Positions 8,002 to 17,300 of a stretch of 64,000 nt of DNA are shown here, piece after piece. Position numbers and translations under genes: made by a program. Below the pieces are notes generated by a model, which saw only the letters and a program-made list of their open reading frames with translations, was not told where the DNA came from and did no database searches. This DNA is from Patescibacteria group bacterium (GTDB lineage: Bacteria > Patescibacteriota > WWE3 > JAUXAW01 > JAYEID01), in assembly GCA_034659915.1 (NCBI GenBank), contig JAYEID010000013.1, positions 74,917 through 138,916 of the forward strand, read 5' to 3'. Within the stretch, counting starts at the first letter, position 1, and the number at the start of each line of letters is the position of its first letter.

Positions 8002-9381
8002 ATGTTGGAAAGGACATCAGCTTCCAAAACTGTTAAAAAAGTAGGTGAGGACGTTATTCTTAAAGGTTGGGTAGACAGGCGGCGTGATCACGGTGGCGTG
8101 GCCTTTTTAGATTTACGAGATAGGACAGGAATTGTCCAAGTTGTTTGTACACCTGAACAAATTGATGATTTGCGCGATGAATACGTGGTTGAAATTAGAG
8201 GTGAGGTAAAAGAGCGGCCGGAAAATATGGTTAACCCTGATTTGGAGACGGGCACAGTGGAAGTTAAGGTAGAGAAAATCACTGTGTTATCGGAGTCGAA
8301 GACGCTACCCTTTGATATACACGGAAGCGGATTGAAAATTAATGAAAAGAAGCGTTTAGAGTATCGCTACCTAGATTTGCGTAGACTACGTTTAACAAAA
8401 AATTTACGTTTTCGCAGCAAGGCTGTTCAATTTATTCGCAATTATCTTATGGAGCGTGATTTTGTAGAAATTGAAACTCCCATTCTTTCTAAATCTACAC
8501 CGGAAGGGGCGCGTGACTTTTTGGTTCCTTCTCGGCTACAACCCGGCGAGTTCTACGCACTTCCCCAAAGTCCTCAGCAGTATAAACAGCTCTTGATGGT
8601 GGCTGGCTTTGAGCGCTATTTCCAAATTGCGCGGTGCTTTCGGGATGAGGATCTTCGTGCGGATAGGCAGTTGGAGTTTACTCAGCTGGATCTAGAAATG
8701 TCCTTCTCTACTCAGGAGGAAATTTTGGAGTTGACTGAGGATTTATTTACAAATCTAGTGGAGGAGTTAACCGACAAGAAAATTACAAAGAAGCCGTTTC
8801 CTCGCTTGAAGTACAAAGAGGTAATGAGAAAATACGGGACAGATACTCCTGACTTGCGCAAAGATAAAAGTGATCCTAATGAACTAGCATTTTGCTGGGT
8901 AATAAACTTTCCGCTTTTTGAGAAAAGTGCTGAGGGAGATCTTAGCCCCTCTCACCACCCGTTTACAGCTCCCCGGGAAGAAGATCTAAATTTGTTGGAT
9001 TCAGAGCCAATGAAGGTTCGTTCCTACCAGCACGATTTGGTATTGAACGGTCATGAGGTGGGTGGGGGAAGTATTAGAATTACGGATCCTAAGATCCAAA
9101 CTAAAATTTTTGAAATTTTAGGGCATACTCGCGAAGAGATTGAGGAAAAGTTTGGACACTTACTTAAAGCTTTCGAGTACGGTGTTCCGCCCCATGGTGG
9201 TATTGCTCCTGGCATTGATCGCTTGGTAGCTATTCTTTGCGGGGAGGAAACTATTCGTGAAGTTATGGCTTTTCCCGTTACCTCTTCTGGTGAAACTGCT
9301 GTAATGGATGCTCCTAGTAAAGTTGACAAAGATCAATTACGAGAGCTAGGTATTAAAGTTGTTGAGGATGATAATGACTAG
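8002..9381 (+). CDS. aspS: aspartyl-tRNA synthetase, short form lacking the GAD insertion domain
   Basis: 459 aa class II synthetase; OB-fold N-terminus, QIARCFRDEDLRADRQLEFTQLDLEMSF motif 2, GIDRL motif 3; length matches archaeal/non-discriminating type. Confidence 0.85.
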   Translation: MLERTSASKTVKKVGEDVILKGWVDRRRDHGGVAFLDLRDRTGIVQVVCTPEQIDDLRDEYVVEIRGEVKERPENMVNPDLETGTVEVKVEKITVLSESKTLPFDIHGSGLKINEKKRLEYRYLDLRRLRLTKNLRFRSKAVQFIRNYLMERDFVEIETPILSKSTPEGARDFLVPSRLQPGEFYALPQSPQQYKQLLMVAGFERYFQIARCFRDEDLRADRQLEFTQLDLEMSFSTQEEILELTEDLFTNLVEELTDKKITKKPFPRLKYKEVMRKYGTDTPDLRKDKSDPNELAFCWVINFPLFEKSAEGDLSPSHHPFTAPREEDLNLLDSEPMKVRSYQHDLVLNGHEVGGGSIRITDPKIQTKIFEILGHTREEIEEKFGHLLKAFEYGVPPHGGIAPGIDRLVAILCGEETIREVMAFPVTSSGETAVMDAPSKVDKDQLRELGIKVVEDDND

Positions 9382-9413
9382 TAAAATCTTCAATTAGGTT
9401 CAAAATTTCCCAA

Positions 9414-10487
9414 ATGGCAAATTATTTTTTTGCAAGAACAAAAAGGCGAGTACGTGCTGCTTTTGCAAAAGCACGTTTCCAAGGTTATTTACAAAAGGCA
9501 CATTTTTTGAGGCTTGCTGGTGTATGCTTTCTTCTTGCTTGTACTCTTTTTTCTAGTTCCTCTCCCCTTGTACAGAGTAATGAAATTGAAGATGGAAAAG
9601 GGGGAGAACAATCTCAAAGTTTGGTTGCTGGTGCAAAGGAAAATTCCTTTGAAGCAGCAGAGCCAGAATGGCCAAAATTAAGAGATGATGCGCCGGAATT
9701 TCCAACAGTTTCGGCAAAAGCAGTTTTGGTAAAAGATAGTAAGACAGGAAAGACTTTATACGAAAGAAACTCTACTGAGAGAATTGCTCCTGCTTCCTTG
9801 GTAAAAATAATGACTGCTTTGGTTGGTTTGGATAAGTATTCTTTGGAAGATGAGTTGGTGGTTTCAGAAAGTTGCCTTTCCGGGTTGGAGGGAAAAGCTC
9901 AGATGAATTTGCAAGCGGGGGAGCGTGTTAAAGCGGGTACCCTACTCTACGGCCTTTTATTACAGTCTGCTGCTGATGCTGCTTGTGTCTTGGCTCGGGA
10001 CCCGGAAAACATGCTTGACGACTACCGTGGTAACGAGCAGCTTTTTGTTGAAAATATGAATCAAAAAGCTTGGGAACTAGGGTTACGTAATACTCGGTTC
10101 CAAAATGTTATTGGTGTAGATGAGGAAGAGCAGTATTCGACTGCGGCAGATCTTTTGCATTTAGCTCAGGTTGCGATGGAGAATCCTATTTTTAGAAAGA
10201 TAGTTGGAACAAAGGAAATTAACCTGCATAATGCTGCTAATCCCCCAACCCAGTGGCATTATGTGCAAAATACAAATGAACTGTTGGTACCGGAATTAGA
10301 AGTTACTGGAGTAAAAACAGGAACAACTACCAATGCTGGTGAGTGCTTACTTGTATCTTGGTTATGGAAAATTCGGGAGATTTATGCAGTGCTTTTGGGA
10401 AGTGAAAAAGATCAGCGGTTCGCAGAATCGCGTAAAATTATAGATTGGGTAAACTCTTCGTTTGTAGCTAATCCTAGTCCTCGTTAG
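9414..10487 (+). CDS. serine-type D-Ala-D-Ala carboxypeptidase (PBP5/DacA family)
   Basis: N-terminal hydrophobic anchor, active-site SxxK (ASLVKIM), later LLYGLLLQSAADAA block. Confidence 0.7.
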   Translation: MANYFFARTKRRVRAAFAKARFQGYLQKAHFLRLAGVCFLLACTLFSSSSPLVQSNEIEDGKGGEQSQSLVAGAKENSFEAAEPEWPKLRDDAPEFPTVSAKAVLVKDSKTGKTLYERNSTERIAPASLVKIMTALVGLDKYSLEDELVVSESCLSGLEGKAQMNLQAGERVKAGTLLYGLLLQSAADAACVLARDPENMLDDYRGNEQLFVENMNQKAWELGLRNTRFQNVIGVDEEEQYSTAADLLHLAQVAMENPIFRKIVGTKEINLHNAANPPTQWHYVQNTNELLVPELEVTGVKTGTTTNAGECLLVSWLWKIREIYAVLLGSEKDQRFAESRKIIDWVNSSFVANPSPR

Positions 10488-11616
10488 ACTCTTGCGGTTC
10501 CTGGTTTACCCATTCTTGGGGTATAGCGTTTAGATACAACACAATTTCCCAAGGTTTTTGATTTTTAACTTCAGCTAAGCCTTTGAAAACGTAGATGGGT
10601 GTTAGGTAATTTTGCGCTTGTTTTGATTCAAAATAAGCTAGTTGCATATTTTGAATTCTTATTTTCTCAACTAAGGGTGGAGAGGGGTTTTCGTAAAACC
10701 CGGCTCCTTGAGGTTTGAGATAAACTAGGGCGGCATTTCCAGCTTCTAGATTTTCCCAGGCTTTGCTGGAAGTTAATAAAGGGTAAGTAGAGCCTTCTTC
10801 AGTTTTTATTTTCCAGTTTTGGTATTCAGCTATTGGTACTTGATCAACTACTGAACGGTAAGAGCCACCAGCAACTAGTAGAGTAGTTAATCCTTGTCTA
10901 GGTTTGGGACCCAAGACATCGTAGCTTTTTCCATCCACATTAAGGACTTTGAAAAGATCTACTCGGGTTAGTTGCGCTTGTGATAAACTTTCTACTACGC
11001 TAAATTTCCCGTTATTTATTTGAACAAATGAGACCTCTCTTTTTGCACTTTCTAGTGTTTTGTTTCCTAGGCTAAGCCGGTTAAGAAAATTCTGGGCTGT
11101 ATCTTCAGCAAGTTGCTTAGTGGGCGCGTTGCCTTTTGTGAGTTGTATTTCTAATGTATTGGAGTCGTAAGTAAGGGAAAAAGCTTGGCTTACTATATTC
11201 ATTTCTAGAGTTCGTTTTCCTTCTTCCCAGCGATATTCAGTGGGTGAGATAGCTTTAGGGCTAGAAGTAAATCCCAAACTTTTTGCTAGATCCTCCGCTT
11301 GCAATTCTGTAAGTGGTGTTGTTGGGTTTTTCTCTAAGGGAAATATAGGTAACCGGTCCGGCATAGCTGGTAATCTTGCGGTGGGAGTGTCCAGTTCGTA
11401 CTTCCATTTAGATAAATTAATGTCGCTAGATGGTATTTTTGGTATGCCTATTTTGCCGAAAGCTGTTTCTGGTGCCGGCTTTTTGGGAGGAAAGAAGTGA
11501 CGGTAAATTCGAACTCCCACATTCCAACCTATTCTTCCAATAGTTAGAACTGCTAGAAAAATTATAAAAGCAGCAATGCCGCGTCTTGTAACTTTAGAAA
11601 CTTTGGTTAAACTCAT
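10474..11616 (-). CDS. hypothetical membrane-anchored protein
   Basis: 380 aa with a single N-terminal TM (AAFIIFLAVLTIG); no recognised motif; converges on the dac gene with a 14-nt overlap. Confidence 0.5.
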   Translation of the reverse strand: MSLTKVSKVTRRGIAAFIIFLAVLTIGRIGWNVGVRIYRHFFPPKKPAPETAFGKIGIPKIPSSDINLSKWKYELDTPTARLPAMPDRLPIFPLEKNPTTPLTELQAEDLAKSLGFTSSPKAISPTEYRWEEGKRTLEMNIVSQAFSLTYDSNTLEIQLTKGNAPTKQLAEDTAQNFLNRLSLGNKTLESAKREVSFVQINNGKFSVVESLSQAQLTRVDLFKVLNVDGKSYDVLGPKPRQGLTTLLVAGGSYRSVVDQVPIAEYQNWKIKTEEGSTYPLLTSSKAWENLEAGNAALVYLKPQGAGFYENPSPPLVEKIRIQNMQLAYFESKQAQNYLTPIYVFKGLAEVKNQKPWEIVLYLNAIPQEWVNQEPQESNED

Positions 11617-11832
11617 TGAGGCTTACTGTTCACAATCTTAGCATGAAATCATTAGAACATAAAAGCATGAAAACATAGAATATAAAAGGGACCTAAGAGA
11701 CCTGCAAGGGGCGGTACCACATTGGGTCGACCCCAGGGGTCTAGCTTGTCTAGTCCTTGGAGGTCTCGGTAGAAAAAGAAAAGATTGAAGAGACCGGAAA
11801 ATCGTAACTAGAGATAGGAAATACTAAATACC

Positions 11833-11885
11833 AACTACTAATTGCTAATTGCTAGTTGCTAACTACTTACTACTAACTACTAAGC
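11833..11885. repeat. degenerate 7-bp tandem repeat (CTAAYTR) about 7 copies
   Basis: ctaattg ctaattg ctagttg ctaacta cttacta ctaacta ctaag just upstream of gltX; related AGTTACC/AGTTACG repeats at 37056-37090. Confidence 0.6.
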
Positions 11886-11906
11886 CCGTTTGTTATAATA
11901 ACTACG

Positions 11907-13421
11907 TTGCTTATGCCAAATGATAATTCTTTTGAAAATGTAAGAGTGCGCAGTGCTCCTTCTCCCACTGGCCGACCTCATATTGGTACTGCTTATAACG
12001 CTCTTTTTAATTATGTTTTTGCCCGTAAACACGATGGTAAATTTATTCTTCGTATTGAGGATACAGATCGGTCTCGCTATGATGCTGATTCTGAGCGAGA
12101 GATTATAGATGCTCTTACTTGGTTAGGTTTGGAGCCAAATGAATCTCCTAAAAAAGGGGGAGAGTACGGACCTTACCGGCAGTCGGAACGCTTGGATATC
12201 TATAAAAAATATGTCGAGCAGCTTTTAGATAAAGGTGCAGCTTATTACTGCTTTTGTTCGGAAGAACGCCTAGAGAGAATTAGAGAAAGAGCTAGGCGGG
12301 AAGGTAAGCCTCCCATGTATGATGGACATTGTCGAAGTATTAGCAGGAAAGATGCTGAAAAGAGAATTCAGGAGGGAGAAGAGTATGTGGTTCGCTTAAA
12401 AGTCCCCAAGGAAGGGACTACTAAGTTTCACGACTTGATACGTGGTGAAATTGAGGTTGAAAATCAAGTTATTGATGATCAAGTTCTTTTAAAATCTGAC
12501 GGTTTTCCTACCTATCATTTAGCTAATGTGGTAGATGATCATTTAATGGAGATTAGTCATATTATTCGGGGTGAGGAGTGGCTTTCTTCTGTTCCCAAAC
12601 ACATTTTACTCTACACTGCTTTTGATTGGGCTCCTCCGGTTTATGCACATACTCCGCTGCTTCGCGGTGAGGGCGGTGCTAAACTGGGAAAGCGACACGG
12701 CGCACTTCCTATTTTTGAATACAAGAAAATGGGTATTCTTCCGGAAGCACTTTTAAATTATTTGGCGCTTTTGGGCTGGACTCATCCTCAGGAGAAAGAG
12801 TTTTTTGGTTTGAAAGAAATGATTGATAAGTTTCAACTTGAAGATATGGATGCAACTGCTCCTATCTATGATCCGGATAAGTTAAAATGGTTAAATGGTA
12901 AGTGGATCCGCGCGCTTAGTGTTGAGGAGCTTGCGGAAAGACTTCGGAGTGTTTTTGCAAGAGAAGCGGAAGCCGCCGGGGAAACTTCCGGGGTTTCTGC
13001 AGATCCAACCCCGGAGGTTAAAGAGGCGGCCCAGGAACGATTTTCCGAAATCGTCTCCCTTGTTCAGGACCGCATGGAAACCCTCTGTGATTTTGAGGAA
13101 CTGGCCCGGTTCTTCTTTGAAGCTCCGGAGGTAGACAAAGAACCTCTTGTGGAGCAGGCTCATGGAGATGAAGAAGAAGCAAAAGCTATCTTGGAAGCAG
13201 CAGCAAAGATTATTGAAGAGACAGAATTGGAACACGATGCTTTGGAACAAGCTTTTCGGTCTAAGGCAAAGGAAGAAGGTTGGGGAATGCGGGCAATTTG
13301 TATGACTACCCGAGTAGCAATAACTGGGAAAACAGTCTCCCCCCCACTTTTTGATTGTGTCGCGATCCTCGGCCGCGAAGAAACCCTTACCCGCCTTAAC
13401 AAATCTTTGGAATTACTGTAA
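11907..13421 (+). CDS. gltX: glutamyl-tRNA synthetase
   Basis: VRVRSAPSPTGRPHIGTAYNALFN (HIGH region), WLGLEPNE, KLGKRHG (KMSKS-like); 504 aa. Confidence 0.9.
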   Translation: MLMPNDNSFENVRVRSAPSPTGRPHIGTAYNALFNYVFARKHDGKFILRIEDTDRSRYDADSEREIIDALTWLGLEPNESPKKGGEYGPYRQSERLDIYKKYVEQLLDKGAAYYCFCSEERLERIRERARREGKPPMYDGHCRSISRKDAEKRIQEGEEYVVRLKVPKEGTTKFHDLIRGEIEVENQVIDDQVLLKSDGFPTYHLANVVDDHLMEISHIIRGEEWLSSVPKHILLYTAFDWAPPVYAHTPLLRGEGGAKLGKRHGALPIFEYKKMGILPEALLNYLALLGWTHPQEKEFFGLKEMIDKFQLEDMDATAPIYDPDKLKWLNGKWIRALSVEELAERLRSVFAREAEAAGETSGVSADPTPEVKEAAQERFSEIVSLVQDRMETLCDFEELARFFFEAPEVDKEPLVEQAHGDEEEAKAILEAAAKIIEETELEHDALEQAFRSKAKEEGWGMRAICMTTRVAITGKTVSPPLFDCVAILGREETLTRLNKSLELL

Positions 13422-13431
13422 CAACAGCCCT

Positions 13432-14297
13432 CGCAAAGGTATTACCTTTGATAGAGCTTGTTTCATAGGGTTTTTGATTTTTTTATGAAAAGAAAAACTG
13501 TTTTGGCAGTTGGTGGTATTTATCATATTTTCAATCGTGGGATTGACAAACGTGATATTTTTCTTGATCCAAGTTATTATTCCCGTTTTGTTTCAACTTT
13601 AGAGCATTCTTTAAAGTATAATTATCCTTATAGTTTACTGAAACGCCGGTTGAGAGAAGCTAAATCTTCGGAGGATAGAAAGAATATACTTTTGCAGCTG
13701 GAGACGAAGCGTGTAGAACCCCCGGTGGAAGTACTTTCCTTTTGTTTAATGCCCAATCATTTTCATCTAACTTTAAAACAACTTGTCGAAGACGGTATTA
13801 CTGAGCTTATACGTAGAATTTGCACAGTGTATACAATGTATTTTAATGTGCGGCAAGAGAGAAGAGGAACTCTTTTTGGTGGGGTATTTCGATCAGTTCT
13901 GGTGGAAACTGAAGAACAGCTGATCCACCTTTCTCGTTATCAGCACTTGAACCCCCTCAAGGCCGGAATAACTGAGATATCGAAGTTGGGAGATTATCCC
14001 TGGTCAAGTCTCGCCACTTATTTGGGTAGGGATGATATTCCTTTTGTTAATAGTAGGCCGGTCATGTCTCATTTTAAAGATGCGGAAGGGTATTTAAGGT
14101 TTCTGGAAGCCGAAATTGACGAGTTCGAGCCTCTGCGTTTGGAGGGTATTGCGATAGATGATGACTTCGGTTGGTTCGCCTGTTTTAGGGATTATGAGGA
14201 AGAACGTAAAGAGGCTCTCCGAAAGAGATATATGGAATTGTTGTAATGAAGGCGCTCGCAAAGGTATTACCTTTGATAGCTTTTACCTTTGATAGCT
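13432..14297 (+). mobile_element. IS200/IS605-family-like element: Y1 (HUH) transposase flanked by 25-bp direct repeats
   Basis: Identical CTCGCAAAGGTATTACCTTTGATAG at 13432-13456 and 14255-14279, each containing the palindrome CAAAGGTA-T-TACCTTTG; partial third copy TACCTTTGATAGC at 14284-14296. Confidence 0.65.
13485..14246 (+). CDS. tnpA: IS200/IS605-type (RAYT-like) HUH tyrosine transposase
   Basis: GGIYHIFNRG, HUH motif in LMPNHFHLTL, catalytic Tyr region ICTVYTMYFN, RRGTLFGG block; 254 aa from ATG 13485, longer than the roughly 140-aa canonical IS200 TnpA. Confidence 0.7.
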   Translation: MKRKTVLAVGGIYHIFNRGIDKRDIFLDPSYYSRFVSTLEHSLKYNYPYSLLKRRLREAKSSEDRKNILLQLETKRVEPPVEVLSFCLMPNHFHLTLKQLVEDGITELIRRICTVYTMYFNVRQERRGTLFGGVFRSVLVETEEQLIHLSRYQHLNPLKAGITEISKLGDYPWSSLATYLGRDDIPFVNSRPVMSHFKDAEGYLRFLEAEIDEFEPLRLEGIAIDDDFGWFACFRDYEEERKEALRKRYMELL

Positions 14298-14349
14298 TTA
14301 TTCTGGTCCTAACCTTATACCATGTGATAGACTGAAGTTTAAGCTTTAT

Positions 14350-17300
14350 ATGGTTAACCCTGTCCGTGATTCTAGTTCAATTGAAAAAATTTCCCAGTGG
14401 ATTGATATTTTTCTTCTTTTTGTGTTGGTTATTGCCAACTTGTTATTTCCCCTCTTTGGTCTTTCTGCGCATCTTGTAAGTTTGGTCCGGTTGTTGTTTT
14501 TGCTTTCCTTAGTTCTATTTTTTATATTTGTACGGTTGCCGCTTCTTTTCGTTGAATCGGTTGTGGGTATGCTTCGTTCCCACAAAGATAGAAAGAAGAT
14601 TTGGAGGAGTAGAAAAAATTTTCTTATTAAAAACCTTGTTTTTATTTTGGTTTTTCTTTTTGTGTTGGATTCAGTGGGTGCAAATTCTCTCCACGGCGTA
14701 ATTGGTAGAGAGTTGTTAGGGAGGAAAGGTGATCGTGGTGGAGCAGCTGATAATGGAGGGGAAGCCTACGGGTTGGTAAGGTCCAGCGAAAAAGAAATGT
14801 TTGTTCTGCGGGCAAAGCGTAAAGACTTTAAGTCTGAAGAGGACGTTACCTTTAAGGTAAGTTTTACCGATGCTTTGCCCTCCGCACCGGAAGAAAATGA
14901 GGCGTCAGGTTCTTCCTCCCAGCCCTCCTCGGCAACAACCTCTGCCACTCCCGAAACAGATTCTCCCTCTTCTGTAGATCAATCTGGTTCGGAAGAACCA
15001 ACCACCCAAGATTCTACTCCGGAGGGTACAGAAAGTGCTACTCCGGAGGCAACAATAAGCGCCCAGCCTAGTAATCAGGGGTTGTTGGGAAAAGTATTAG
15101 CGCTTTTGGAAAAATATAATATTTTTGGTTCTGTTAAAGCTCAAAGCAAAGAACCGGATATTGATGTGAAAATTTTTGATGTGGAAGGTGAAGAGACTCA
15201 CTTTCCTATTTCTGTTGAGGCTGATGAATCAGGTAACTTTGAGATAGAGGTAAGTAAGGGTAGAGCGTTTAGACCCGGGAAGTATGAGCTTAAAGTTACC
15301 TTGGTAGATCCGGAAAGTGGTGAAGAGCTTGATTCTATAGAACAAGATTTTACCTGGGGTGTTTTGGCTGTTAATACCAACAAGTCCATTTACCTGCCCC
15401 GGGAAAAAGCAAAATTGCAGATGGCTGTTTTGGATGAAGAAGGGATGATGGAATGTAACGCTAAGCTGCGCTTGGAAATCCAAAATCCGAAATCCGAAAT
15501 TCAAAACCTCTCGACGGAAGAGGGAAGCATTACCGTGAACCCTGAATGCAAGTTGCATGACTTTACTCTGGTGCCGGATTACGAGGCAGAATACCAAGTT
15601 GCCGATTCTGGTGTTTATGAGATGAAACTAACTGCGGAAACAGAAAACGGCACTTATACCATTACCGATTCTTTTGAAGTGCGCAACGAAGTCCCTTTTG
15701 ATGTGGAGAGGGAAACAGCAACCCGTATTTATCCTCCCGAGTCTTACCCCGTTACTTTTTCTATTAAGGTTAACCAAGATTTTACCGGCGTAATTGAGGA
15801 GCGTGTTCCTGCAAGTTTTGAGGTGGAATGTCCCCCTCTTTTTGATGTGGATTCGGGAACTCGTAGCAACAGTTGCCAGATCAAGGAGAAGGACGGCGTC
15901 AAAACAATATCTTGGTCTGTAAGTTGGGCAGAAGGGCAAAGGACAACCTTGTACTATCGTTTCAAGACACCTCTCATATCGCCGCAATTTTACCTTCTGG
16001 GACCTTTAACCTTCCGTAGCCTTGGCGAAGGAGGTCCTTCCACTACTGTTTTTGAAAAAAGCGAGGATGAGCTTGCACCGACGAGCTTCGAAGAAGCGAG
16101 GAGGTGGCAGCTGGCTATTGACGATACGGAAGGCGCCAACAGCCCAAGCAGCGCAGCTGAAGATACATCTGTAGGTGGTTATTCTTGGTCGGGATATACC
16201 AATGTTTATTCTAGTAATGATTCCTATGCTGAGGTTACTTTGGGTAAAGGATATATAAGTTATTATATTAAAGCTACCGGCTTCGGTTTTTCCCTTTCTA
16301 ATTGCGAGTCCATTGATGGGATTTATGTAGAGGTGGAGCGTAAATCTAACGATGCGGCTGATATGGAAGATAATTCAGTACGCCTGGTTAACGGTAGTGG
16401 TACTATTGTTGGCGATGACAAAGCAATAGCTGGTGATTGGCCAACTTCGGATACTTACCAAGGTTACGGTGGTTCTACCGATACGTGGAACGCCAGCTTG
16501 ACTTGTAGTGATGTTACTAATTCTAATTTTGGAGTTGTCTTTTCAGCGCAGAACACTGTATCTACTAAACCACGCGATATTACTGCCTCCGTTGACCACA
16601 TTCGGGTGACCGTTTATTATACTGCTGCCCCAGCTCTTGAACAGAGCCATTACCGTTGGCGCGACGACAGCTACGGTTTAAACACTGACAACGGTTGGCA
16701 GGCAAATGAAGATAACGAGTACAATGGCTTGCCGACAAATACTACCGCCCGTTTACGAATGGAAATTGACAATACCGGTGACGCGGAGGCGAGCAGTTAT
16801 CAGTACCAACTGGAATATGCTGCCCAAAGTGGGGACACTTGCGGCGGCGAAAGTTACACCGCCGTACCGGTTACTGCTTCCACAGAACCTTTTGAGATGG
16901 TTACTTCTAGCCAATACACGGACGGTGACGCTATTACTTCGGGATTTCTGACAGGTTCCGGCACTTGGGCTGATGGTGAGGGTGTGGCAGACCCCTCTAA
17001 TAAAACAGCAAGCCATAGCTTAGCTTATGGTGACTACACAGAATTTGAATATGCAATTCAGGCAACTAGTGATGCAGGCAGTGGACAGACCTACTGTTTC
17101 CGGTTAACAAATGATGGCTCGATTGAGAATTTTACTTATACTAGATACGCTGAAGCGACCATTCAAGGAGTTAGCGGTTCTTTGGGCAAATCTGCAGACG
17201 GATGGGCGGGGGCAATTCCAGTTTATATGGATGTTATTGGTTATGATTCCAGTTATTACGCCCGGGCTAAAGTGGATACGCCTGCTGCGGAAACCTACTA

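Noticed and set aside
11700-11725. T-box riboswitch upstream of gltX
   Set aside because: Only a partial match to the T-box sequence. It is located about 190 nt before the start codon, not in an antiterminator/terminator context, and no U-run terminator follows.
13432-14297. Identical 25-bp repeats could suggest a CRISPR array
   Set aside because: Only two full copies plus a fragment, with a transposase gene rather than short spacers between them. No cas genes are adjacent, so they are element ends or REP-like repeats.
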